64,000 nt of DNA from Balanoglossus misakiensis. Lineage: Eukaryota; Animalia; Hemichordata. The stretch lies in contig CM082588.2 in the NCBI GenBank assembly GCA_040954595.2, forward strand, positions 8,230,844-8,294,843, in the 5' to 3' direction. The notes below the pieces were generated by a model. The model did not search any database and was not told the DNA's origin. It saw only the letters and a program-made list of their open reading frames with translations. The position numbers and the translations under genes are program-made. This document shows, piece by piece, positions 49,801 through 63,100 of this stretch (the stretch's first letter is position 1; every line of letters begins with the position of its first letter).

Positions 49801-50890
49801 CCCACTTTTCACTTCCGCTCTTAACATTTTCGTTTGGTCCCACGTCACAGTATGGTACACCGAGTGAGGGGAAGTGTTCTTTTGTGAAGTTTGCAAGACC
49901 TGATTGCCTTGGCTGTACAGTGGGCACACCAGCAGCACAGGATAGAAGACCAATCACACTAAATGGGTCGCCTTTAGTAGTGAAGTTTACCAGGATGTCA
50001 CACTGCCTCAAGTCTTTCTTTAACTGGTTTATTGGTGTGTCGTTTGGGTATAGATTGACAATTAACTGATCTGACTCAGCCATCGTCTCTAGCTTCTGCT
50101 TACACGTTTTATATTGTGCAGGATCTGACGCTATAAATCCTTTGAACTTCCACTTTATGTCTATGGGAATATAACTGTAAGCGTAAGCAAGTTTCCCCAT
50201 GCCTCGAGCTGCTGCTTCGAATTCCTCCAGATCCTGTAGGTCTGATATCGTGTGCACAGATAAGACTTCAACAGTCTTTAAGTCTCTTTTGTTGAGCGAA
50301 ATCTCGTCTACATCTTTCTCCATCCAAGGAATGTACAGAACATTCTCCACTTGCGAGTCTAGCAAAACTCGAATCTTCATCTTCAACTCCTCATGTACTG
50401 TTGGTCCAACAGATATAATGACAGAGGACGTCTCTGCATACTCCAGCATTTCATCATCTTTGGCAGCCAAGTCTGAAGGATCGAGGTTCATGTTTTCCGG
50501 TGTGTCAGTATAGACAGGAACAAAGTCCGCAGATGGGAAAACCTCTGCTTGAATACTCTTTGCTGTACTGGCAGTTCCATCCTTACAAGCAGTACCATAT
50601 ACGGTCGTAATTGGGTGATATTTCTTTAACTGTTGAAAATAGTGTTCGTGTAAAATTAACCAATCACTTGTCGGCTTCCCGTCTTTGATTGGGAGAATCA
50701 GCTCCACTCCATGACGCCTTGCTTCTTCAACTTCTTTGTCAGAAGCCTGTAACGCCATGAAGTAAACCTGGTTGTTTCCACCAGCAAGATCGATGGCCAA
50801 TTGTCTCTCAGTAAGACATGTTGCAATATTGCGACTTCTCGGCCACCACTCCTCTCCGACAACCAACAAACGATTCTTCACCTTTGCCAT
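34258..50890 (-). CDS. Gene B: GT4-like, TRADD-N-like, (unknown domain + coiled coil)x2, ZU5, ZU5, UPA-like, DED; ~1684 aa in 15 coding exons
   Basis: Exons 50890-49621, 49365-49171, 48572-48189 (GC donor), 47855-47769, 47547-47233, 46780-46313, 45815-45501, 44198-43842, 39107-39061, 38607-38317, 38017-37835, 37547-37246, 37011-36543, 35932-35899, 34595-34258. Total 5055 nt with all phases compatible. The 43842/39107 junction is inferred. Confidence 0.6.
34741..35726. mobile_element. Non-autonomous Kolobok-like DNA transposon (TTAA TSD)
   Basis: ttaa|ggtagttggaaaggct ... agcctttccaactacc|ttaa. Confidence 0.8.
36543..38607 (-). CDS. PIDD1-like ZU5-ZU5-UPA module (4 exons)
   Basis: YKLPCGFSLEVPSAC...QSDVLDIE...LKKPV...TWEELKT / AEVCHFSLFIAISRP...GGKFTSKKDERISIEVPEDAV / KFKKPIKLTIPLPP...WKDVT / PFCDNHWDVVV. 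Confidence 0.8.
39548..39620. repeat. (CACAT)n/(CGCAT)n microsatellite
   Basis: Directly visible pentamer array. Confidence 0.9.
39850..43717. mobile_element. Foldback element, ~3.9 kb, with very long inverted arms and ~128-bp internal subrepeats
   Basis: Ends tagaccatgagccagtagggg / cccctactggctcatggtcta, flanked by TAG on both sides. 39850-~41310 mirrors ~41590-43717; the right arm has extra subrepeat copies; no ORF of note. Confidence 0.85.
44366..45223. mobile_element. Non-autonomous DNA transposon, 32-bp TIRs, 7-bp TSD (P-element-like)
   Basis: TIR cacggttactagaagaagacggttaggaaact; TSD cttaatt on both sides; empty sites at ~19927 and ~46949. Confidence 0.85.
48189..48572 (-). CDS. TRADD-N-like domain exon of gene B
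   Basis: IEEIKRGSENVVLTCQTSKSVERLWRDYRQGILGDLFKAD; 384 nt as in gene A. Confidence 0.75.
49621..50890 (-). CDS. GT4-like glycosyltransferase domain, gene B
   Basis: Paralogue of 22364-23630; LKKDLRQCDILV...DPFSVIGLLSCAAGVPTV; donor AAG|gtaagt. Confidence 0.8.
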
Positions 50891-52295
50891 TTCTAATTGA
50901 GAATGAAATATGTTCGTGTTTATACAATATTTCCACGCCTCATCGTAAGAGGAATGCTATGGAAGGTACAATCATTATTGCTGCAGACTCCTTGGCCTGC
51001 CACTCGGTGGACTGTCTGTCTCACAAAGATCCGAGTGAGGGGTAATATTTCGGATTCGCCGAAACAGTGGATGTTGTAATAGAAATACGTATTGATACAC
51101 GAAACACTTAAAAACCCAGCCTTCAATAAAAAGCAACGAACGCAGGACACTTTTGATATTTTATAACATGGCAATTTATAAGTCGTGTGTTCGTTTGTCT
51201 TAAATTATACTGTTAATAATTTTGTTAAACAACTTGCGTATGGACTGACGTTGTTCCCTGCACAAAAACTGGCATTTTCACCATGGCAGGTGATATGAAT
51301 ATGAGATAAAATGGTCCCTGTTGAAAGAGTGTTAAAATGAAAACGTTGCTCTATTTCAAATTTGCTTTGCCATCCCGATCAATACTTGTAAAAACTGCAT
51401 TCATATATCACAGTACGGTACGCTGTAAACTAGTAAAATAAATGTTTTTTTTTTCCATGAGTACATAAAAGCAAATAATAACATGGAACTACTTTCTACT
51501 TGTAAACATGACTGCTGGAGCTACATGTATGCATTATGTCCGGCGAAACACGGTGATTACATAATTATTTTATGATTAATCTTACCAACTCTCTTCAGAA
51601 GACTAACATATTTAGTTGTCGACCTTAAAACAACGAAAGTTACTCGTTATCGCCAGTCTTCTAGAATTGCAGATGCAATCTCGCGCTGGCGACTCTGAAT
51701 AACTGACCCACGATGACCTCATTTGCATACTAATGACTACGTAACTTGGCTAAAAAAACAGACCATCGGCAGGTTGCTTATCACTGTCGCGTCAATCTAC
51801 ACTTAATCAAGATGAAACGATCGAAACTTTCAATTTTCGTCGCTTTTCGAGATAACAATAATAACGGATTTCCATGCCGTCTGCACACTTTTTGTGTGGA
51901 CGGTACAGTGACTCGCTGTGCTAGTTAAAGAACTGCCACAGAATGACAGCTTCACTCGTAAAAATAACTATGACAACAGTGATGGTAAGGCCAGTATTCT
52001 GATGTTGTTTTACAATGGCATTCACATGTTAGTGTTTGTGTTTGTGACTAATTCATCTACGCCTTCAGCCTTGGCTGTCACAGAAATTGACCGTAGGTCA
52101 TACAGTCCAAAGAACAGCCTCTTGATTAGTGCATAGTAGGATGTGGCCACCAACTGTGCATATAGCAACACATGTATGCATCAATAGAATCGAACTGCCA
52201 TTAGACAGAGTCATATCGGTTAGGTATATGTAAGGTCATTTCAGGTTATCGGTCATGCACCTTATGTATCAGGCTGTTCCATCATATGCTGCTGT

Positions 52296-52698
52296 TGTCA
52301 TGTCTCCCAATTGTGGGGTAATACACGTTCTCGGGTGACGGTGATGGTGGTTGATGAAGAGACGGGAACACGTACGGAGTGTAGATTTAAACGCCGATGA
52401 CTTTATTAAGAAAGGCCAGCCGTGGACACATACAGGTCAAGCCGAATTCTCGAACTGAACTCCTTTTTTACTAAGATACAGAATCATTTTTAAACACATC
52501 AAACTGCCCGCCCGGGGTCTTTACAAAACACTATTGTTGTTCGCCTAAGCTGTGAACGCCGGTAGTCAAAATGTAAATTAGTTACAGCTAGCCACCAGTA
52601 TGTAAAATTCTTTATGTGAGTGCATGTGAATTGGTGATTTTGGATGGAATTTCTGGCGTCCCCGCAGCCCCTAACAACGTCATATTGATGTCATGACA
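52296..52698 (-). mobile_element. Solo LTR (TG...CA ends, 4-bp TSD ctgt; Gypsy-like)
   Basis: ctgt|TGTCATG...CATGACA|ctgt; AATAAA on the minus strand at ~52402; empty site at ~26935. Confidence 0.75.
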
Positions 52699-54306
52699 CT
52701 GTTGTTGCTACTGCTAATGTGAAAACTAAACCAATGGTTGCAATTGAGACAAGGTATCCAGTTTAGACAACCACTCTCCTCGATCTCCAGTAACGACGGT
52801 AGTTTCACGACATTAACCGGTATAGAATCGAAACGTTCAAAACCCTTAATTGGTACTGACGTGAGCTTTGACGATTGCTAGTTTGAACGTTGTCCACACA
52901 CGCCCTCCCGCTCACATATTTGTGACTAGATGACTTCCTACGACATCTAATGAAGTTGTTCAAGACTACATAATAAGAAAACAGGTATTGATACGAAATG
53001 CGAAAAACTGAAAACAAAATATGAGACTTATTCCTCCTTCATTATTGAAACACCACACGATCAGTATGCAAAGTTATTGGATACGACTGTTTGGCCTGCA
53101 GGTACTCTCGTGAGAAAACACTACCAACAAAAATCTAAATGACACTTCGCATCGCTTCTTTACCGCGTTCACCTTAAATATATCACAAATCACGCTTTTT
53201 TTATACCGACAACTTTAAGAATTAATACTAAAACCCCACCCACACCCATTTACGACTTATGGCTAATCAACAACAGCAAGATTAATGCGAGATTTACAGA
53301 AAACAAATTACATTAATGTGATGAAGCGGAATGTGCAAACTTTACAGAAACATATTAACCTTCCTACATGACCGAAAATATGTCAATAAATAATCAGAAC
53401 TTGAGAATGAAATCCCGGTCACTATAAAATATTTCTTAAATACCATGTCCCTGGCAAATGATTTACTTTAACATTCATTAAAGCCTGACTCATTTGTCAA
53501 CAGACATTAAGCCTGTATATTACTAAAATATCAATTCGACTGCCATCTTTCTACTTCTTGTATGACCGAAAACTTCAAGAATAAATACTTATACTCTACA
53601 AAATATATGGTTATTTTCTGGTATGCGTCTGTTAAAAGCAAGTCATCTCATAACAATAAATCATTGTTCGTTCGTGTATAAATCGATCTCACGTGACAGA
53701 TATACGCCCTTCAACCAGGTTTTACCTTACGCTCTGTACGTCTGCAAATGAAATGTTTACTGTTGTTTCAGAACCTGCCCCCGTCCCTACGCATGGTAAT
53801 TTCGAGTTGTGCAGACAACTGATTCTAAGAGCAGCTCGTTTTCGATTTAACTCAAGTGACCAGTTCTGTCGAGCATTTTCGTGATTCCTCACCTGTGGAA
53901 GAGTTTCGCCGTCTCTCTGTGTTCAACGATGGTCTTCGAAGACTTAAACCAGAAAGGCTACACGAGTGTTTTAAAGGCTTGGGTTACGAATAATCAGGTC
54001 TCCGCAGCCTTTTCAACTCTTGTGGAACATAAAACGTCACACCGCCATTTTGGTCGTTGGACAACAGACAAAAAATGGCCGGTGTGGTCGTTGGTTGTTA
54101 CCACATCGAGGCCCACGTGGACTTTGAACGTTGGTGTAAATTCTTGTATTAACCTTTTCAATGCCATAGTCAACGTGTCGTCATTTTCCACAAAATTAAA
54201 ACCCCATTTTATACATTTACCATATTTTTCCTCCTAAAATTTTGATCAAGATCTGCAGACAATAGAATATTATGCCCACTTGGTCTAAAATTCAAGGAAA
54301 AAACAG

Positions 54307-54423
54307 TATGTATGTATGTATGTATGTATGTATGTATGTATGTATGTATGTATGTATGTATGTATGTATGTATGTATGTATGTATGTATGTATGTATGTA
54401 TGTATGTATGTATGTATGTGTGT

Positions 54424-54479
<56 letters not shown>

Positions 54480-54527
54480 ATGTATGTATGTATGTCTGTC
54501 TGTCTGCCTGTCTGTCTGTCTGTCTGT
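54307..54527. repeat. Compound (TATG)n/(TG)n/(TCTG)n microsatellite
   Basis: Directly visible. Confidence 0.95.
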
Positions 54528-55432
54528 CCTGGGCGTGGGCCTACATAGAGTGACTTGAGTGGGTTTTTTTCGACTGGATGCTATTTCATTGCATTACTTG
54601 TGAGTGAATTAATTAATTCTGACGACATGTACGTGCAGCGTCATTACCACTATATTATCTGTTCAATATGGCAGTTGCACATACGAATCAAATACATTTT
54701 TGCCAGAAATTTTATCTTTCTGTTCAGAAACAGAGAATGAAGACAGAAGTAGTTGAATTCCAAGGTGTCATTCGACAAGAGTATGATTTTACCCTTCCAT
54801 ACGATCACAGACGATCGACTATAGCCCAGCACTGTCAACTTATTATACTAACACAAGAATATACCAGGTGTTATCTTATTTCTTTGTAAAAAGTCTGTCC
54901 ACGCATCCTGACCATCATCATAAGAGAAGAATGGCAGAACAAGAATGGGCAAAATAGGGCCGTTGCTATGCCCACGAAACATTGTCCGGCACAAATAACA
55001 AGCATAGGTAACACTGTCAAAGTACAGTCGTACGCTATATCTATTCAATTTGCTATACCGGTATCTGTCGACTCTGGATAGCAACCAATGTATGCTTCGA
55101 TAAATTGAACTATAACATACCTAAAACGTATCTAAAAAAAACAGATCCCCACCCCTAGATGTAAATTGTCACGGACAGGTAATGCTTAGTGTCGAAGTCT
55201 AACAGAAATGAATTGCATACAGCCGCAACAGTGACATCTACAGACAAACAGCAAATGATATACAGCTGCAATAATTGTAGTGGGTGCTGCTAGGTTGACT
55301 GGTGTGTTCGCGCCACTCAACCTAGCAGCACCCGCTACAATCATTGCAGCTAAATGATATAATGCCTTGGAACAGAAGTATCAATATAAAGGCAAAATAT
55401 GTGTTTCTCGTTCTGATGAAGGAAGGCCTTTA

Positions 55433-55633
<201 letters not shown>

Positions 55634-56660
55634 GGAAACGAACGTGGATACGTATCTCTCCTGTATTAAATATTGCAGCTATACATTGGTCACTGATTCA
55701 TGGATGCACATTAATATGCAACTTTAGAAAAATCATGTCACCTGAACATGTCAACGCGCTTGGACAGTTATGCGCCATATTGGAGTGCGGCAGCCGCATT
55801 TTGTAGTCCCAATTAGTCGAGAAGAAAACGTGTGAAAATCTTGTACTGAGTAACAATTACAAAGAAACTTTAATCGTTTTTAATGAATAATCACCCATGG
55901 CTACAAACTGTATTTTGTATTCATGAATATTCCGAGGAGCAGCTGATTACCGAATGAATTCAAGCAAATTATTTTGTCATGCATTTCCGTGATAACTTAC
56001 AAATGTACCTGTTGAAGAGTTTCGTCCTCCAGTAGAGTTAAACGATTGTCTTCGAAGGTTCAAGCCAGAGGCAGAACAAACTATTTCCTCCTATTATACG
56101 CACTGACATAAAGGTTGTAAAGCTGCCGTTATATACAACCAGGTCTCATTTGAAACTCTTGCTGGTCGTGGAACGATCACACCATCTTTTTAGTACGCAG
56201 TCGCAGACAACACACAATTTGGGCGTTTCAACGAGGCTCATATGGACTTCGAGCTGAGTATGAAACAAATCAGAAACACGAAACAAGTACTCCCATTGGA
56301 CTATAGACCGAAGGCGGCTCTGCGGCTGGCTCGTGTTGACGTCATCATTCTTTGCTGCGTTCTCGCATTTTCCATTCAGCGCTATCATAGTTTTTAGAAC
56401 CCCCCCCCGGTCGCATATGTAAATTGAACCTTGTTCTCTGGCCTAAGATTGCATTTTAGTCCCCTTGGGAGACTAACCCACTAGTCGCTTGGTGTTTTTT
56501 TGTCTTTTTGAATATTCTCAATACTTTTCGTGCGTTTGTTTGCTTTGAGCGAGTTTCTGGTAATGAGCTGAGTTTCGAATGTAATGATTAGACATTAAAG
56601 GTACATGAGCTGCAACTGGATAAAAAATTAAAGTTTTAAATAATCTCATATTGAAGACAT

Positions 56661-57095
56661 TTAATTTGGAGATACACGAATGCTCCTCCTTCTAAACTTC
56701 AGCATCAACCAACGGACAAGACGTTGTCCGAAACAAGGTAGACATCCGGTTGTTTTTTCTTCTTCGTCCTGAACCTGGTTCGGGGACTCTTCGGTGTTTT
56801 TCTTCTGGGCGACGCCTGTCGATTTCTTTCCCTTTCCTTTTCCTTTTCCCCTTCTCCTTTTCTCGTCCTCGTCCTCCTCGTCGGAAAGGACAAGATAGAA
56901 CGGCTCATCATTCCCTTCCGTATATACTCCGGAATCCTGGTTTCCCGCGTCCTCGTCATCATTGGTGTCCGACTCGGAATCATATCCGCGAATGGGCGGC
57001 AGGACTCGAAAGTTGGAGAAGGCATAAATACCAGAACTGGTACTTGGCTGGCTGTCCAACCACTCGTAATAGTCTCCGTCTGTACCCATGGGCAC
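56661..57095 (-). CDS. Orphan 144-aa acidic/basic protein, copy 2
   Basis: Intact ORF paralogous to 13175-13615. Confidence 0.65.
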   Translation of the reverse strand: MPMGTDGDYYEWLDSQPSTSSGIYAFSNFRVLPPIRGYDSESDTNDDEDAGNQDSGVYTEGNDEPFYLVLSDEEDEDEKRRRGKGKGKGKKSTGVAQKKNTEESPNQVQDEEEKTTGCLPCFGQRLVRWLMLKFRRRSIRVSPN

Positions 57096-58836
57096 GACAG
57101 GTACTACCAGGCAGAGGATGATCGTTAGCGATACGAAAATCTTGGTGATGTTGAGTATGTTACTCTGAAACTCTTGCCAAACATTCTAATTCTTCTTCGT
57201 TCTAAGAACGCGTCTGTGACGTCACCAAATAATGAACTTCCCATGCTACACAGGGCGCGCCCAATTGGCCGAGTGCTTCGCGTGTGCGTTCGTAGGCAGG
57301 CAGTGTATTTTCGCCTTTCAGAAGCAAAGGCGTTGCAATGAAAAAATTATTCATTCCGACCAAAATGTTGCCTGCAAAATTATGTGGAGAATAATTATAA
57401 TTTTATGGTTTAATGATGGGGTTTATTTTAATGCGAAACAAAATAATCACTGCCGGGCATGAAAGGGTAATTTCATCTTTTATTCAAATTGTCGTCAAAA
57501 CAGGCAATCAACAAATTGGTACTGTGACACTATAGTTTACTCCACAAGAAAACTGCTGATGGTAGCTATATGATGTGTCACAAGGAAAACTCAATATGTC
57601 ACACATCACATTCTTTAGTTATCCAAAATGTTCAAATACTAGTAGCATGTTACAATGGGTATGACTGATCAAATACTTTACACTTGTGTGTCATAATATT
57701 TTCAAACTTGAAAATCCCAATTACCGCCAGTCCTCGAAATACACTCACTGAATTGTAAACCACCTATCGTTCGTTGGTCTACAGTATGTGGATAGAAAAA
57801 TGTACAACATGGCAAAGAACAGTAAGGGCTTACAAGAAGAGTATGCATTTGAATCTGCAGAGGGCGCTATTTTCTCCTGTACCCAAACTCAACAAGAATG
57901 GACACAGCTTTCCTTACAAATGATTTGTGATGCATTTTGTCATCTCTTTGTTCTTACATTTTGCTGAAAATGAAAATTTTCTGTGACAAAATGAGTTTTT
58001 CAAAGTAAAGTATTTTTAAACAAATGCACCATTCTAAAAATTATAAAACAACGACAACAGTTGAACACATTCTACAACTGTACTGATACAAGAGAAAACT
58101 ATCTGCATATTGGCGAAATAAATCCAAAAGTAACGAACAGTGCAAACACAAAAAACTAATTCAAATTCATCTCCTATAGAGCACACACGTGGTTATATGA
58201 CACACAGTGTATATATCCACACACACAATATTTTCTGTGTTATAGGGAAAGCCAAATAACAAACTGTAAATAATATATATATAACGCTTGGAAACATTGA
58301 CAGCTAGAATTGCCGGTTTTCAAGACAACTCCAAAACGTTGCTAACAGTCAGAATGAACATTTCAGGAAACATTTCTAAAATAACACTTTTCACTGCAGT
58401 GTATGTAATTGGTTGAAATGTGATGGAAGCAACCACAAGATCGTTACAAATAATTCTTAAAACACACGGTAACGACACATACCTCAATTGTTGAATCAAA
58501 ATGATGTATGCTCACAAATTTGACTGACCAAGCCACTTTCCCCAGCTATACTCAAAGCCACACATGAACGTGTACATTATTGTGAACTTTCAACTTTTGA
58601 AGGGTGGGGTTTCGGTTGATTGGAACGTACAAAATTCATGACACACATATTATTACTGTGGACAAACAATATGAGGCAAAATTACTGATAATATTTATTT
58701 TGCAGGAGGCCTGTGGTTGGTTAACATGCTTGAGGTTCCCAGGAAATCGTTGTTTTTTTTTATATCCCTAAATGATTTATTTCGTCCCTTTCTAATTAGT
58801 AATTTACTCTTTACTGCTGATTACAAGTTAAATTAT

Positions 58837-60041
58837 TTATTTATGTTCAAATAACCTTGCTTTGTACTCCTGTGCATGCTTGCCCCAGGAATACTCCTGA
58901 CCACAGGCTTCTGTTATGTTTAGGTATTTCAGTGCATTGGCAGAGTCATCTGGTGCTTGGTAAACGCGGGCAAGATTATAACATGCATTTAGTATGTGAT
59001 ATGGGTCACGGAGGGTGCTGATCAGATGGGTATATATTTCACATGCATCACTGTACTGTTTCAAGTCTGTGAAGGCATGGGCCTTCCAGAGAGAAGCAGC
59101 GGGATACAAACCACCTGCATATGCAACTGCTTTGTCGAAACACTCTATGGCTTTTAGCAGGCACTGACGATTGCTTTCTATCGGATTGTGTTCGTATTTG
59201 GCCACGTATGTGGCTCCTAGGTTCAACGCGAATAATGGATTGTCTGGATCTTGTGCTGCAGCATTGTGAATAACTCGCAGTGCTTTTCGAAGTCTCCAAC
59301 ATTGCTGTGGCAGTAATAATGACGAGCAGACTCCACCGTGAAATTGGATAAAGGGGTTAATTCGAGTGCTTTCTGGATGAGTTGACCTGCTTCTTCATAG
59401 CGACCTTCACTGAGTGACAGCTTACTTAAAAGTGCCAAAGCATAGCTGCGATGGGCATTTTTCTTAAGAACTCTCTCAAGCAAATTTCTTTCTTGTGCCA
59501 TTATTTGTAAGGCTTCCTTACATTTTGAACTTCCATAGACACGACCACGTTTTCGTGAAAGAGAGTATGCTTGCAAAAACATGCAATCTGTTTGTTCTGG
59601 AAGTTCTACTAAAGCACGATCAAAGCTATCAATTCCCTCACCACACGTCTTTTTAAGAAAATAAGTCAGAGAGATACCCTTGTGAGCATATACATACGCT
59701 TTCTGTTTCCCTGACAATTTATCAAGTGACAAAGTTGCTATCAACTTAAGAGTTACCTCAACTCTGTCCATCTCACCCGACATGAAATGAACCCATGCTT
59801 TATCTGCAAGAAGAACCAACTTATCACCAAGTGGACCATCGTCGTCACCATCACAGCTGTCAAGTTCTTTCTGGTTGTCAGTGAGGGCGTCATCAATCCA
59901 CTTCAAAGCGGCGCTTGGATCTCTCTTGTCTTCCGATCTCAGTTTGGACACGTACAGGTAACCTTTGGTAGCTTTATGGGGAACTGGAGAGAACTCCTGG
60001 TTGTGATGTTTAAGGTGGTTGTCCGAATAACACTGTAAGCG
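58837..60041 (-). pseudogene. IFIT-like terminal exon, second copy, with a 1-bp frameshift
   Basis: Acceptor tgtag at 60042-60043 is in the same position as in gene A. The sequence near 59285 is 1 nt shorter than at 17275, splitting the ORF into 59223-59951 and 58837-59226. Confidence 0.75.
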
Positions 60042-60113
60042 CTACAGTACATGGAAAGGCATGTTACAGTGTCATGTGAAAACCCATGTGCGTGTAAAGA
60101 TGCTATGTTGGTA

Positions 60114-63100
60114 TATGGAAAGCCGTGGCTGTCTTAAGTGACATAAAATTATGTTGACATGGGGATTCTTTATATAATGATGTGCATACGTTATAAGGTG
60201 ATGGGCATACGTTATAAGGTAATGCACATACGTTATAAGGTGATGGGCATACATTATAAGGTGATGCGCATACGTTATAAGGTGATGCACATACGTTATA
60301 AGGTGATGGGCATACGTTATAAGGTGATGCGCATATGTTATAAGGTGATGGGCATATGTTATAAGGTGATGGGCATAAGTTATAAGGTGATGCGCATACG
60401 TTATAAAGTGATGCACATACGTTATAAGGTGATGGGCATACGTCGTTATATGGTGTGGTTACGTTATAAGGTGATGGGCATACGTCGTTATATGATGTGG
60501 TTACGTTATAAGGTGATGGGCATACGTCGTTATATGGTGTGGTTACGTTATAAGGTGATGCGCATATGTTATAAGGTGATGCGCATACGTTATAAGGTGA
60601 TGCGCATATGTTATAAGGTGATGCGCATACGTTATAAGGTGATGCACATACGTTATAAGGTGATGGGCATACGTTATATGGTGATGCGCATACGTTATAA
60701 GGTGATGCGCATACGTTATAAGGTGATGCACATATGTTATAAGGTGATGGGCATACGTCGTTATATGGTGTGGTTACGTTATAAGGTGATGGGCATACGT
60801 CGTTATATGGTGTGGTTACGTTATAAGGTGATGCGCATATGTTATAAGGTGATGCGCATACGTTATAAGGTGATGCGCATATGTTATAAGGTGATGCGCA
60901 TACGTTATAAGGTGATGCGCATATGTTATAAGGTGATGCGCATACGTTATAAGGTGATGCACATACGTTATAAGGTGATGGGCATACGTTATATGGTGAT
61001 GCGCATACGTTATAAGGTGATGCGCATACGTTATAAGGTGATGCACATATGTTATAAGGTGATGGGCATACGTCGTTATATGGTGTGGTTACGTTATAAG
61101 GTGATGGGCATACGTCGTTATATGGTGTGGTTACGTTATAAGGTGATGCGCATATGTTATAAGGTGATGCGCATACGTTATAAGGTGATGCGCATATGTT
61201 ATAAGGTGATGCGCATACGTTATAAGGTGATGCGCATATGTTATAAGGTGATGCACATACGTTATAAGGTGATGGGCATACGTTATAAGGTGATGCGCAT
61301 ACGTTATAAGGTGATGCACATATGTTATAAGGTGATGGGCATACGTCGTTATATGGTGTGGTTACGTCGTTATTAGCTGTGGAAACGCAGCTGTTCCGCC
61401 TGGGGGATATGCTAATTACCCTGCCTCATCCTCATATCATCCTCAGCTTCGTGACCTTAGGAAGATTAATAACAATCCGTCATCGGCGATTCGTTAAACT
61501 TTAAGATAATATTTAAATATTATCATTTCTTTCACTCACTTGGATAAATGTAAATACGGATACGACTGGTTTTTAAATGCTTTATAGCAGCGAATAAGAA
61601 ACTCACGAGAGAAAATTGCTTCAAGGTCAAAGGTTATTGCAAAAACATGTCAATAAAAAAATTATCGTGAATTTCGGATATTTGATGTGATCTAAAAAAA
61701 GCGAAAGCAATATAGGTAAAGTATTTTCATGGGATAGTCTAAATAATTGATTGGATTTCTTATTTTGACTCTATTTGTTCTATTTGCCGATCGTTCTCGA
61801 CTCGATTGTTTGGACATTTGCAATAAACTTTGACCTCGAAGCAATTTTCTCTCGGGAGTTTCTTATTCGCTGCTATAAAGCATTTAAAAACAGAAGTCGT
61901 ATCCGTATTTACATTTATCCAAGTCAGTGAAAGAAATGATAATATTTAAATATTATCTTTAAGTTTAACGAATCGCCGATGACGGATTGTTATTAATCTT
62001 CCTAAGGTCACGAAGCTGAGGATGATATGAGGATGAGGCTGGCGAATATGAGGATGAGGGTAAGGCCAACATTACGACCATGTGAGCATGTGTTACTAAA
62101 TTTTTGAACATCCGGGACACGCAGGGTAATTGGCATATCCCCCAGGCGGAACAGCTGCGTTTCCACAGCTAATAACGACGTAACCACACCATAGAACGAC
62201 GTATGCCCATCACCTTATAACGTAACCACACCATATAACGACGTATGCCCATCACCTTATAACGTAACAACACCATATAACGACGTATGCCCATCACCTT
62301 ATAACGTAACCACACCATATAACGACGTTTGCCCATCACCTTATAACGTAACCACACCATATAACGACGTATGCCCATCACCTTATAATGTAACCACACC
62401 ATATAACGACGTATGCCCATCACCTTATAACGTAACCACACCATATAACGACGTATGCCCATCACCTTATAACGTAAGCACACCATATAACGACGTATGC
62501 CCATCTCCTTATAACGTAAGCACACCATATAACGACGTATGCCCATCACCTTATAACGTAACCACACCATATAACGACGTATGCCCATCACCTTATAACG
62601 TATGCGCACCACCTTATAACGTATGTGCATCACCTTATAACGTATGCGCATCACCTTATAACGTAAGCGCATCACCTTATAAAGTGTTCACATCACCTTA
62701 TAACTTATGCCCATCCCCTTATGTATGCCTATCACCGTTCAACTTATGCGCATCACCTTATAACGTAACCACACCATATAACGACGTATGCCCATCACCT
62801 TATAACGTAACCACACCATATAACGACGTATGCCCATCACCTTATAACGTAACCACACCATATAACGACGTTTGCCCATCACCTTATAACGTAACCACAC
62901 CATATAACGACGTATGCCCATCACCTTATAATGTAACCACACCATATAACGACGTATGCCCATCACCTTATAACGTATGCGCACCACCTTATAACGTATG
63001 TGCATCACCTTATAACGTATGCGCATCACCTTATAACGTAAGCGCATCACCTTATAAAGTGTTCACATCACCTTATAACTTATGCCCATCACCTTATGTA

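Larger units (their letters stand above)
45995..54150. repeat. Segmental duplication of ~18980-28165
   Basis: Colinear exons, most introns and ~3 kb of upstream sequence are shared; differences are mainly transposon insertions and diverged patches. Confidence 0.9.
56660..60113. repeat. Segmental duplication of ~13175-18105 (start of a third tandem unit)
   Basis: The orphan gene, its upstream region, the IFIT 3' region and the IFIT exon are colinear with the first copy. Confidence 0.9.
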
